DNA of 64,000 bases from a bacterium (lineage in GTDB: Bacteria; UBA8248). Of the stretch, positions 21,716 through 31,757 are shown piece by piece. Positions within the stretch are counted from its first letter, which is position 1. Each line of letters starts with the position of its first letter. The notes under the pieces were generated by a model. It worked only from the letters and a program-made list of their open reading frames with translations. It was not told where the DNA came from and ran no database searches. The stretch lies in contig CBDATS010000004.1 of NCBI GenBank assembly GCA_965200245.1, positions 1,312,001 to 1,376,000 on the forward strand, given 5' to 3'. The position numbers and the translations under genes were made by a program.

Positions 21716-21860
21716 AACCACTTCCCGACAGCCCGGCAGTCCCCGTGACTGCCGGGCTGTCGGGCGGGGCAGTGGATCCCGGTCGGGCCCGAGGCGAAGC
21801 ACCGACCGGGAAACGTCTTTCGGGCAGCACGCAACCCCTCCCCGTAACAGGTTAACCTGG
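20605..21860 (+). repeat. 1,256-bp direct repeat, copy 1 (copy 2 at 49703-50958)
   Basis: constant offset 29,098; identical ORF translations in several frames. Confidence 0.95.
21724..21764 (+). terminator. 18-bp perfect stem-loop after the autotransporter stop (also at 50822-50862)
   Basis: CCCGACAGCCCGGCAGTC-CCCGT-GACTGCCGGGCTGTCGGG; no U tail. Confidence 0.55.
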
Positions 21861-22774
21861 ATATATGTCTCCCCTTATCAACCACACCCAGTGGCCGCCC
21901 AGGGAGAACTCGGCCATGCGTTCTGTGTTGCCCTTGCCTGAATGAAACATCTGTATTGTTTCCGATGAATGCATGGTAGAGGACATGGAGGGTATCCAGA
22001 AGCAAGCCCGCGTGATGGCTATATCGGATGAGAACCCCCCCAAAGGCGCTCTCCACCTTCCTGCAGCCCGAAGGTGATTACGACGAGCGCTGCGGACGGC
22101 AAGGCCTATATCAGCCAACACCTCGGCGCTGGCGTTTGGATTCCTGAGTCCGACTTTTGGGGGCGAGAATCGTTCAACGCCAGAGAAATGAATGAGATAA
22201 TTTATTGAACGACCTTACACATATTTTCCTGGATATTGAACATGATCTTGACAATTGGGACGATGCCTGTCAGCGTTCGCTCGGCTCCCGAGAAAAACGG
22301 ACTCGCGTTCAACGATTCGCACGAGGCCGCTACCGCGCTTGATGTGCTGGCCCGATGATTCCTGCCCCGGGGTCAGCCTGATTTTCATAACTTCATGGAA
22401 ACGTTCGGCTTCTCGCCACAGGCCTGTTTCTTCGATCTCGGCCTGCTGTTCTATACGGGCGCTCGTTTCACCGGCGACAGATTCGGTGTCACTGATACTT
22501 TCGATGGTTTTGATCGTCCCTTCCGCTGTACTTTCGATGTCTCGGGTTATCAGCACTGCGGAAATGACGCGACGAACCCCGCCACCGCTGAGCCGTCGGT
22601 CTTCCGCCGCGATCCGATCGACAGGTTTGACCCCCATGCGGTGGAGGTAGCTCGCCGGAATGGCGTTCCCCTCGGATATATCCATTATCCACGGCTGTTC
22701 GTAATCGCCGATATCGATCTTGCCATGCAAAAGGTTCGCGCAGTTTCAGTATCCCCGCGTCTCGGTTGCCTTGG

Positions 22775-23500
22775 TTATTCCAGCCCCAGTTTCTCACCGA
22801 AAAACGCGAGCGTCTTCTCCCAGGAGTCCTCGCTTTGCGCGGCGCGGAAGCGCTCGGGGTGGTCCTCCCACTGAAATGCGTGGCCCGCGCCGTCGTAGCG
22901 GTGAAAGACGTATTCCACGCCCGCGTTCCTGAGCGCCGCCTCATAGTCGTCCACATCCTCGGGCGAGGGGTTCTGATCCTCGTTTCCGAAGATGCCGATG
23001 ACGGGGCGCACGATGTTCGCTGTCAGTTCGATGGCGGGCGGATTGCCCGCGCCGCGTACTTCCTTCACGCCGCCGCCGTAGAAGACCGCGCATGCGGCGT
23101 AGCGCGAATCCGTGCATGCGCCCAGCCAGCTCACGCGCCCGCCCCAGCAATGCCCGACGATGCCGATCCTTGCCGCGTCCACGCTATCGAGCGCCGCCAG
23201 GGCGTCGAAGCCCGCTTTCAGGTCGAGTGTCGTCTGCGCGTCGTTGAACTCGTCACGTTTTATCTGCATGTCGTCTTCTTTCGACCACCAGTGGTAGAGA
23301 AACGGAACGGACACCGCGTAGCCGTTCGCCCGGTAGCGCTCCGCAGTCTTGAGGGTGAAGGGGTCGCCCTCGATTCCCTGATGACCCGGTATGTGCTGGC
23401 AGAGCACCAGTCCCGGATGCGGACCGTCGCCTTCGGGTTCATACAGGAAAATCTCCATCTCGCTGCCCTGGACCTGCGTCGTCTCGATTCGATACGTCAT
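22775..23500 (-). CDS. dienelactone hydrolase family protein
   Basis: GHCWGG nucleophile motif, FYGG, YDGAGHAF. Confidence 0.9.
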   Translation of the reverse strand: MTYRIETTQVQGSEMEIFLYEPEGDGPHPGLVLCQHIPGHQGIEGDPFTLKTAERYRANGYAVSVPFLYHWWSKEDDMQIKRDEFNDAQTTLDLKAGFDALAALDSVDAARIGIVGHCWGGRVSWLGACTDSRYAACAVFYGGGVKEVRGAGNPPAIELTANIVRPVIGIFGNEDQNPSPEDVDDYEAALRNAGVEYVFHRYDGAGHAFQWEDHPERFRAAQSEDSWEKTLAFFGEKLGLE

Positions 23501-23611
23501 TTTTTCTTTTCTCCCTGTTGAAATATGAAGCCGCTTTGTTTTGCCCAAAGACTATTACAGGAAACTTCTTCTTCGTGCATGACCGCCAGTGCTCGCGCCG
23601 ACGCTCGCGCT

Positions 23612-24580
23612 TCAGGCGTCCTCGAACACCAGGTTCTGTGGCTTTCCCCGGACAAAAGCCTCCACGTTGTCCACTGCCATGCGTGCCTCTCGCTCCACCG
23701 CCCCTTCGGTATGCGCAGCGACGTGCGGAGTCAGGATCACGTTATCCAGCGAACGGAAAGGAGAGTGTTCCGGCAAGGGTTCTTCCGGTTCGAACACGTC
23801 GAGGCCCGCGCCGGCGATTCTCTTTTCCCGCAGTGCTTCGAGCAGGGCGTCCATGTCCACGAGCGCCGCGCGGGAGGTGTTGATCAAAAACGCCTCGGGT
23901 TTCATCTGCGCGATTCGCTCGCGGGAGATGATGCCCCTGGTCTCCGACGTCGCGTGAAGCTGGACCGTCACGAAATCGGCAAGCATGCATTCATCGAGAG
24001 TGGCCGCGTGCGCACCGGCCCCGGCAGCGCGCGCGGGCGTCATGTGTTTCGACCACGCGAGCACTTCCATCCCGAAGCCACGCGCCATGGGGACGACCTT
24101 GCTCCCGATGTGCCCGAAGCCGATCACAGAGAGCGTCTTGCCCAGAAGCTCCACGCCCCGGATGCGTCGCCACTCCCCCGCACGCATGGCTGGTCCCTGG
24201 CAGGGAAGCCGCTTCGCGAGGGCGAGCACCATCATCATCGTGTGCTCGGCCACCGATGGACTTCCCGCCCCGGGCGTCACGGAGACCGAAACGCCGTGCT
24301 CACGCGCGCCCTTCATGTTCACCGCACGGGGGCGCGTTCCCCATATGGAGATGAAGCGAAGCGCACGCGCGGCGTCGAGCAGTGTCGTGTTCCTGAAGTC
24401 CGTCTGAAAGCGCACGGTCAAGATGACCTCTGCGTCGGTGATGCGCTCGATCATCTCTTCCTCATTTTCCGGACGCTCGGTGAAATGTGCCACCTCGCCC
24501 AGTTTCTCGAGACGCGCGAGATGGGGCGAGTTCCTGAACTCTTCTCCATAGTCATCGGGAATCACGATTTTCATGCACAT
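23612..24580 (-). CDS. D-isomer 2-hydroxyacid dehydrogenase
   Basis: GFGHIG, NTSRA, DVFEPEEP, TPHVA. Confidence 0.9.
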   Translation of the reverse strand: MCMKIVIPDDYGEEFRNSPHLARLEKLGEVAHFTERPENEEEMIERITDAEVILTVRFQTDFRNTTLLDAARALRFISIWGTRPRAVNMKGAREHGVSVSVTPGAGSPSVAEHTMMMVLALAKRLPCQGPAMRAGEWRRIRGVELLGKTLSVIGFGHIGSKVVPMARGFGMEVLAWSKHMTPARAAGAGAHAATLDECMLADFVTVQLHATSETRGIISRERIAQMKPEAFLINTSRAALVDMDALLEALREKRIAGAGLDVFEPEEPLPEHSPFRSLDNVILTPHVAAHTEGAVEREARMAVDNVEAFVRGKPQNLVFEDA

Positions 24581-24687
24581 ACGCTCCGGTCAGCACCTTC
24601 GTGGGCAGCGAGGCGCCTCATCCATTCACGGGTTTACGCATCCATGGTATACCCCAATATGATTGACAGAAAATATCGACTCAAGTA

Positions 24688-25929
24688 GTGCTATGGAATC
24701 GGACGAAACATCGTCTCCCTCCCCGCATTCGGAGGATGTATCCGAACGCCATGATGCCGGATCTGAGCCCCGAAGAATCCGAGATGGTACGCCGTGCGCG
24801 TGCAATCGCCCGCGAGGACATCCTTCCCATCGCCGCCGAGAGGGACAGAAACTACGCGCCGGGCGAGGCCTATCCCTGGCATATCGCTGATAAGCTTGAT
24901 GCCGCGGGCTTGAGGACACTCACCGTGCCCGAGAAATTCGGTGGCTTCGGCGCGCGCCATCTGGTACAGGCGATGGTGGCCGAGGAGATCGCCTACGGTG
25001 ATCTGGGTGTCGCCGTTTCGATGGATCAGACCTACAAGTTCACACAACTTCTCACGAACGAGACCACGCAGGCGCAGCGCGATTTGTACCTCGAGGACTT
25101 CATGAGCGATCCCCGGGCGCTCCTCGCCCTTGCCACGACGGAACCCCAAAGCGGAACCGACACTTTCCTAATGTACGACGCGCCTCACGCAGGACCGCGC
25201 ATGACAGCGAAGCGGGAGGGCGATTTCCATGTCCTGAACGGGACCAAGCACTACATCTCAAACGGCGGCTTGGCGAAGTATTATTTCATCTTTGCACGCA
25301 CCGCGCCCGAGAGGAAAATGAGCGAGGGACTTACCTGTTTTCTCGTGCCGCGCGACACCGAGGGTTTCGAGATCGGGGAGGCGCACTCGAAGCTTGGCAG
25401 GCGCCTTCTGCAGAACGGCGAACTCGTGCTCAGAAACTGCCGCGTACCCGCGCACAATCTCTTCGGCGAGTGGAACGGGGGACTCTCCATTCTGAAACGC
25501 ATGGTGAGCGGCGCGCTCATTCCGGTGATGGGTCCCTCGCGCCTCGCGTATGACCTCGCGCGGAGCGCGGCGCAGGAGAACGGCGCTGCGAGTGAACAGT
25601 GGGCGCAGATGGCGTTCACGGAAATGTATATGCTGATTGAGGCGGCGCGAACCTACCTGTATTCTGCGGCCTGGCATGCGGAAAAACCGACGGACGATTC
25701 AAAGCGCCGCCTGATGTCCAAGGTGTTCGCCTCGGAGGCGGGCATCAGGGTATGCCGCATGGCGATGGAACTTTGGGGAAGGACGGGCGCGACACGGCGC
25801 GATGACGGGCCGACGCCAGAGAAATGCTGGCGCGACGTCCTGAGCTATTTGCATGGCTTCGGCACGAACGAGGCCGTCAAGCTGAAGGCCGCGCCGCTTT
25901 TGGCCCCCGCCGGAGTGGATGAGTGGTAA
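24688..25929 (+). CDS. acyl-CoA dehydrogenase family protein (start possibly 24736)
   Basis: TEPQSGTD, LNGTKHYISNG, SKVFASE. Confidence 0.88.
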   Translation: MLWNRTKHRLPPRIRRMYPNAMMPDLSPEESEMVRRARAIAREDILPIAAERDRNYAPGEAYPWHIADKLDAAGLRTLTVPEKFGGFGARHLVQAMVAEEIAYGDLGVAVSMDQTYKFTQLLTNETTQAQRDLYLEDFMSDPRALLALATTEPQSGTDTFLMYDAPHAGPRMTAKREGDFHVLNGTKHYISNGGLAKYYFIFARTAPERKMSEGLTCFLVPRDTEGFEIGEAHSKLGRRLLQNGELVLRNCRVPAHNLFGEWNGGLSILKRMVSGALIPVMGPSRLAYDLARSAAQENGAASEQWAQMAFTEMYMLIEAARTYLYSAAWHAEKPTDDSKRRLMSKVFASEAGIRVCRMAMELWGRTGATRRDDGPTPEKCWRDVLSYLHGFGTNEAVKLKAAPLLAPAGVDEW

Positions 25930-25976
25930 AGCGGAATTGACGAGGTTTTCGTCACACACCTGAAAAGGAGATTGAA

Positions 25977-26945
25977 ATGCCTTCGTACAGGAAATCGGAC
26001 TCACGCGCCTACTGCAGGGAAAACATGAAGGGAATCTGGGCCGCCATCCCCTATCCGTTCGATGAGAACGACAACATCGACGAGGCGGGCCTGCGTGTCG
26101 ACATCCGCCACTATATCGACAATCTCGACATCAAGGGATTTTTCGTCGGCGGCATGATCGGTGAATTCTGGTGCCTCACCAAGGAAGAGCGCCTGAGGGG
26201 CCAGGCGATCGCCTGCGACGAGGCGGGAGACGTGCCCATCATCGCGCATACTGGCCACACCTCGGCCAAAGAGGCCATCGAACTCACCAACGCGGCGATC
26301 GAGGCGGGCGCGACCTACGCGATTCTGGCGAACCCCTATCTCGGGGCGCAGGGCATCCCCGAGCGCGTTCGCGCGTATTTCAGGGAGTTCTGCAGCAACG
26401 TGGACATCGGGGTGTCCCTGTTCAACACGGCGGCGGCCGGCTATTCCCTCTCGCCGACGCTGGTACGTCAGATCGTCGACGACAACGAGAACCTGTGCTG
26501 CATCAAGAACGCGCAGCCCAAATACCACTGCGACGAGGTGCGTGAAGCCGTCGGCGAGGACATCGTCGTGAGCGATCCGATGGAGACCCAGTGGTTCTTC
26601 AACCGCGCTTATCACAGGCAGCAAACCTACATGAGCGGACCCGACCCGTTCCTCATCCAGCGCACGGGCAATCTCGGGATGCAGAAATATACCGATCTGA
26701 TCGACGAGGGGAACCTGGAAGAAGCCTGGACCGCGCGCGAATCCATGAACCCGATTCGCCGTGTGGCCGACAAATGGCTGTGGGAACCCTGGGCGAGAGG
26801 AGCGTTCCCCATCGCCGCGCTCAAGGACTGGATGGACCTCATGGGAATGCACGGCGGCCCCTCGCGCGCGCCGATGATCCCCCTGAGCACGGACGAGAAG
26901 GCGGAACTGACCTCGGACCTGAAGAGCGTGGGTCTCATCGACTAG
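25977..26945 (+). CDS. DapA/DHDPS-family aldolase or hydratase-aldolase
   Basis: GxxGEF..LTKEER, Schiff-base lysine in CIKNA. Confidence 0.85.
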   Translation: MPSYRKSDSRAYCRENMKGIWAAIPYPFDENDNIDEAGLRVDIRHYIDNLDIKGFFVGGMIGEFWCLTKEERLRGQAIACDEAGDVPIIAHTGHTSAKEAIELTNAAIEAGATYAILANPYLGAQGIPERVRAYFREFCSNVDIGVSLFNTAAAGYSLSPTLVRQIVDDNENLCCIKNAQPKYHCDEVREAVGEDIVVSDPMETQWFFNRAYHRQQTYMSGPDPFLIQRTGNLGMQKYTDLIDEGNLEEAWTARESMNPIRRVADKWLWEPWARGAFPIAALKDWMDLMGMHGGPSRAPMIPLSTDEKAELTSDLKSVGLID

Positions 26946-26979
26946 TCGGTCCGTTTCCTGCGTTCACAAGGATTCACGC

Positions 26980-28125
26980 ATGGACTTTTCTCCCGCAGAA
27001 GCCACGGTTGCGCTTCTGGGCCTGGCGCGCGATTTCGCGCGACAGGCGATAGCCCCGTTCACGGAAGTGCTCGACAGGGAAAAAGACCCGGCAAACCGAT
27101 TCCCCGGAGAAATTCTGGAAAAGGGCGATGCCTTGGGTCTCCGCACCCTCTCCGTCCCCGAGAGCCTGGGAGGTGGGGGTGCCGACTCGTTGAGCCTTTG
27201 TTTCGTGGCGGAGGAGATCGGCTGGGGGGATTTGGGCATCGGCGTCATCCATGCGCAGAGCTGGGCGCTCGCAAAAGCCGTATCCCGCCTGTGGGGCGAG
27301 GCGGGCCATGAGGCGTTCGCAGGTAATTTCGTGCAGAATCACGCACTCCATCTGGCCCACGTTAAAATCTCCGATGCGCCCGCGCCCGAGGATAAAAGCC
27401 CTTATCCTCTGGATATGCGGCAAGGTGCATCTGTTGAGGGAGATGGCGACGGCCTGCGTCTCGCAGGCGGTGCGCGGCACGTGATGAACGGTTCCGGGGC
27501 CGGTCTTTTCCTCCTGGAATCAGATTTGAGCGAAAACGCGCGGCGCATTTTTCTACTCGAGAACCGGGAGGAAGCGGGTATCGGGATCGCCGGTTACCAC
27601 GATTCAATGGGCATGCGATCCTGTCCGGATGTAGACCTGCGTTTCGAGGATGTGGCTCTCGGCGACCCGTATGATTGCGCGGAGGAGGATTGGCGAGACG
27701 CCACTCACGCTCTCCGCATCCTCCCTGCGGCGGCGGGAGTCGGTACAGCGAGAAAATCCCACGAGCACGCGCTCGACCACGCCCGCGAGCGTGTGCAGGG
27801 AGGGAAACCCATCATCGAGCACCAGACGGTGGGTTTCATGCTTTGCGATAATCTCATGGAACTCGATGCCGCCAGAAGGAGTCTCCAGGCGGCGGCCTGG
27901 GCAGCGGATCGAAACGAGGAGGCAGACCCCTGGCGCAGCTTTCTGGCGAAGGCCTTCACCACGGAGTCGTGCGAGCGCGTCGCGCGCCGATCGATGGAGG
28001 TGTGGGGAGGCGCGGGCTATATGACTGAAGCGCCCATGGAAAGGCTCGTGCGCGACATTGTGTCCTTCTCCCACGCCTTCGGCATGGGCCACATCGCGCG
28101 ATGCGCCGCGATGGAGTTGCTGTAA
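26980..28125 (+). CDS. acyl-CoA dehydrogenase family protein (divergent)
   Basis: EEIGWGD, RVQGGKPIIEHQ, VWGGAGYM. Confidence 0.85.
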   Translation: MDFSPAEATVALLGLARDFARQAIAPFTEVLDREKDPANRFPGEILEKGDALGLRTLSVPESLGGGGADSLSLCFVAEEIGWGDLGIGVIHAQSWALAKAVSRLWGEAGHEAFAGNFVQNHALHLAHVKISDAPAPEDKSPYPLDMRQGASVEGDGDGLRLAGGARHVMNGSGAGLFLLESDLSENARRIFLLENREEAGIGIAGYHDSMGMRSCPDVDLRFEDVALGDPYDCAEEDWRDATHALRILPAAAGVGTARKSHEHALDHARERVQGGKPIIEHQTVGFMLCDNLMELDAARRSLQAAAWAADRNEEADPWRSFLAKAFTTESCERVARRSMEVWGGAGYMTEAPMERLVRDIVSFSHAFGMGHIARCAAMELL

Positions 28126-28174
28126 GATGCGCAGTGAACGTCTCGATGACGCGGTACGATGGAGGATGAAGAAA

Positions 28175-29086
28175 ATGAGTGAGAGAATCGCCTACATCAA
28201 TGGCCGGTTCGTCCCGGAATCGGAAGCGAACGTGTCCATCCTGGACAGGGGTTTCCTTTACGGCGACAGCGTGTACGACGCATCACGCACTTTCAACGGC
28301 CAGCCCTGGCATCTGAGAGCGCACATCGACAGGCTCTACCTGTCATGCCGCTATGCGCGGCTCGACCCCGGAATGAGTGCGGACGAGATGGAATCTCTCA
28401 CCATGGAACTGATCGGGCGCAACCGGGGCGTATACGCCGGGGGAGAGGAGTTCCGTATCAACCACTGGGTCACGCGGGGAGGCGGCATCAGTTCCGCCGC
28501 CACCCACACGCATGGGGCGCATACGGTGGTCATCTTCACACTGCCGATGGACTATACACGCTACGCCCACGGCTACAGGGAAGGCGTGCCCTCGGTCGTC
28601 ACCGGCGTGCGCCGCATACCGCCGGAGTGTATCGAGCCGCGTGCGAAGGTGGGCAACAAGATGAACCACGTCCAGGCCGACTTCCAGGCTCAGGAGGCGG
28701 GTGCGTGGCCCATCATGCTCGACATGAACGGCTTCGTGGCCGAGGGGTCGAGTTACAACTGCTTTTTCGTGAGAGACGGTGAAATCCTCACCCCTGCGGA
28801 TCACAACTGCCTGGTCGGCGTCACGCGCACCCATGTCATCGACATGGCGAAGGAACTCGGTATCCCTGTCCGCGAGATGAACCTCACGCGCTACGACCTG
28901 CTGATCGCGGACGAGGCCTTCCACACCGGGAACAGTATCTGCATTCTCCCGGTTTCCTCGGTTGACGGAACTAGGATGACCCACGGCGCGCCCGGCCCTG
29001 TTACCAAACGCCTCATGGATCTGTGGGCGAGCCAGGTAGGCTGCGACTGGGCGGCGAAATCACTGGCCGCTGTCGAGGAAGAATAA
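28175..29086 (+). CDS. class IV PLP aminotransferase (IlvE/Dat-like)
   Basis: DRGFLYGDSVY, EGSSYNCF, LVGVTR, ADEAF. Confidence 0.9.
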   Translation: MSERIAYINGRFVPESEANVSILDRGFLYGDSVYDASRTFNGQPWHLRAHIDRLYLSCRYARLDPGMSADEMESLTMELIGRNRGVYAGGEEFRINHWVTRGGGISSAATHTHGAHTVVIFTLPMDYTRYAHGYREGVPSVVTGVRRIPPECIEPRAKVGNKMNHVQADFQAQEAGAWPIMLDMNGFVAEGSSYNCFFVRDGEILTPADHNCLVGVTRTHVIDMAKELGIPVREMNLTRYDLLIADEAFHTGNSICILPVSSVDGTRMTHGAPGPVTKRLMDLWASQVGCDWAAKSLAAVEEE

Positions 29087-29398
29087 AAGACCCGGGCGAC
29101 ATGGCCGGAAAAAACCCAGGGCGTGCAGCAGTTCGTGTACGATGACACAGACGGTTCTTTCTTCAGGGAAACCACGGACCCTCTCGCTGTCTATCAACAT
29201 GTGAGAAGAATCGGCCTCCGGCACTTCGCCCCGCCGCGTTCGAGAATTGTACCAGGAAAATGTCTGCGATTGCGTATTGCCGACCACGTTCTCGCCGGGC
29301 GGCGACATCCCGGCTCCGTTCCATCGCACCGCCGTTACCGCTCCATCGCTATAGTCATTTGCCGACAATCCCGATATATTGTCCGCTGTCAAACGCAC
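29087..29398 (-). pseudogene. zinc metalloprotease fragment
   Basis: VIVHELLHALGF, continuing to SGH if one T is removed from a T run. Confidence 0.45.
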
Positions 29399-29446
29399 AT
29401 GTTCCTGTTTTCACTTCGCGCGGAGATTTTCGGGGAGGAAGCTCTC

Positions 29447-30481
29447 ATGAAGGCCATGGCGTTGCGGGAAAAAGGTGCGCCATTTTCCTTGGAGGACGTG
29501 CCCGACCCCAGGCCCGGGGATGGAGAGGCCGTGGCACGCGTCATCGCCTGCGGCTCGGGCCTCACGATCCACCACGCGCGTGCAGGCCGCGTGGAGATCG
29601 ACTACCCGATGATCATCGGCCACGAAGTGGTGGGCGAGATCGTCGAGACGGGTAGCGGGGTCTCGAACCTGGAGGTGGGCGACATCGTGACCTTCCACTG
29701 CTATCTCACGTGCGGGCATTGTCGCTGGTGCCGGGTGAACAGGGAACCCATATGCGACAACATGGCCGGTTTCATCGGCAGACACCGCGACGGTGGCTAC
29801 GCAGAATACATCAACCTTCCCGCGCGGAATTACGTCCATATACCGGAGACCCTGGATTACAGGGCGCACCCCGCCGAGGTGGCCGTCATCTGCGACGCCA
29901 TCGTCACTCCCTACAAGGTATTGCGTCGCGCGAGGATTGAGCCGATGGAGACCGTCGCCGTCATCGGTGCGGGCGGCGGCGTGGGGATCCACATGGTAAT
30001 GCTCGCCCGCTGGGCGAACGCGCGCGTCATCGCCGTGGACGTTTCCGGGGAAAAACTCGCCAAGTGCATGGAAATCGGGGCAGAGGCAGTCGTCGACGTC
30101 TCGAAGGACGACCTGACCGAAGCCCTCCTCGAACTCACGGGCGGCGTGGGCGTGAACGTGGCGATCGATTTCGTATCGCAGGACACCACACTTGAAGCGG
30201 CAGCTGCAGCCCTCGACAGGGGTGGCCGCCTGGTGACGCTCGGCGGTTTCACGCCCCGGCCGTTTCGTCTCTCCGCAGGCAGTCTCCTGAACGGGGAACT
30301 CGAGATCATGGGCAGCCGATCGTTCACCAGGCAGGAGATCATCGAATCACTCGAACTATGCGCGCGCGGAGAAGTCTGGCCGCTGGTGACGGAGACCTAC
30401 CGGCTCGAAGAGGCCGAAAAAGTGCATGAACGCCTGGAGGCGGGCGTGATTACGGGCCGCGCGGCCATTGTGATGGACTAG
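29447..30481 (+). CDS. zinc-dependent alcohol dehydrogenase
   Basis: GHE, CGHCRWC...C, GAGGGVG. Confidence 0.9.
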   Translation: MKAMALREKGAPFSLEDVPDPRPGDGEAVARVIACGSGLTIHHARAGRVEIDYPMIIGHEVVGEIVETGSGVSNLEVGDIVTFHCYLTCGHCRWCRVNREPICDNMAGFIGRHRDGGYAEYINLPARNYVHIPETLDYRAHPAEVAVICDAIVTPYKVLRRARIEPMETVAVIGAGGGVGIHMVMLARWANARVIAVDVSGEKLAKCMEIGAEAVVDVSKDDLTEALLELTGGVGVNVAIDFVSQDTTLEAAAAALDRGGRLVTLGGFTPRPFRLSAGSLLNGELEIMGSRSFTRQEIIESLELCARGEVWPLVTETYRLEEAEKVHERLEAGVITGRAAIVMD

Positions 30482-30511
30482 GCGTATTTCACTGGACACC
30501 AAAGGCGGACG

Positions 30512-31687
30512 ATGGATTTCACCCTCACAGAAAGACAGCTTGAACTACAGAAACTCGCGCACGATTACGCAGAAAACGAACTGCGACCCCACGTACGCGA
30601 GCGCGAACGAATCACTGACCCGGGCGAACGGTTCCCCTGGGATATCCTCGAAACCGGGAGCAGGCTCGGCCTGCGGACACTGTCCATTCCCGAGGAGAAA
30701 GGCGGCGGCGGGGCCGACATTCTCACGCTTTGCATCGTGGGCGAGGAGATCGGCTGGGGGGATTTGGGCGTGGCCGTCACCTTCGATCAGACCTGGAAGG
30801 TCATTCATTTTCTCGACATTGTCTGGAACGAGACGCAGCGCGAAAAATTCCTGCCCGCATTCCTCGAGGATCACCGCTTCCACCTCGCCGTGGGGATGAC
30901 GGAGCCCGAGGTAGGCTCCGAGAACTTCATCCCCGAAGAAGGCCCGGGACTCGGCGTCCGCACGAGCGCGGTGCGGGACGGGGAGGACTGGATAATCAAC
31001 GGCAGGAAACATTATATCAGCAACGGCGGCATCGCCAGGCTCTACGTTCTCGTATGCCGCACGGATCCCACCGTCGGCGTATCGCAGGGCGTCACCTACT
31101 TCATGGTGACGCCGGGGATGGCGGGATTTTCCATCGGCAGGATTCACGAGAAGATGGGCCAGCAACTCTCCCAGAATGCGGAACTCATCTTCGAGAACTG
31201 CCGCGTTTCGGACGATTACCGCGTCACGGCGGTAGGCGGGGGCGTGGCGGCCCGTTCGGGTCCATTCTCGCGCGGTTCGGTAATCGAATCCGCTGCCACG
31301 GCACTGGGTCCCGCCCGCGCGTCCTATGAGGACGCCCTCGAATTCGCAAAGACGAGAATTCAGGGCGGGAAACCCATCATCGAACACCAGGGTGTGGGCT
31401 TCATGCTTGCGGACTGCTTCGTCGAGTACGAGGCATCGCGCCGAATGCTGCACTACGCCGCCTGGCGGGCGATGCGCGAGGGCTACGACCCGAAGCTCGG
31501 CTACATGGCGAAGGCCTACGCATCGGAAGCCGGTTTCCGCATCGCAACGCGCGCGCTCGAGATTTGGGGCGGAACGGGCTACATGACGGACGCGCCGATG
31601 GAGAAATACCTGCGCGACGTCATCAGTTTCCTCCACTCCGCGGGCACCAACCAGGCGCAGCGGATCCGCACCATGAAGTATTTCTGA
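30512..31687 (+). CDS. acyl-CoA dehydrogenase family protein
   Basis: MTEPEVGS, INGRKHYISNG, RIQGGKPIIEHQ, EKYLRD. Confidence 0.9.
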   Translation: MDFTLTERQLELQKLAHDYAENELRPHVRERERITDPGERFPWDILETGSRLGLRTLSIPEEKGGGGADILTLCIVGEEIGWGDLGVAVTFDQTWKVIHFLDIVWNETQREKFLPAFLEDHRFHLAVGMTEPEVGSENFIPEEGPGLGVRTSAVRDGEDWIINGRKHYISNGGIARLYVLVCRTDPTVGVSQGVTYFMVTPGMAGFSIGRIHEKMGQQLSQNAELIFENCRVSDDYRVTAVGGGVAARSGPFSRGSVIESAATALGPARASYEDALEFAKTRIQGGKPIIEHQGVGFMLADCFVEYEASRRMLHYAAWRAMREGYDPKLGYMAKAYASEAGFRIATRALEIWGGTGYMTDAPMEKYLRDVISFLHSAGTNQAQRIRTMKYF

Positions 31688-31757
31688 TCACGAAACGCAT
31701 GTTTCTGTCTCGGTTCTCATTCTCTGGGGGCGCAGGCCCCGAAAGGCAGGGTGCAAC

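Noticed and set aside
21861-22730. Possible IS remnant and a 171-aa hypothetical ORF
   Set aside because: No recognisable transposase motif, termini or protein family.
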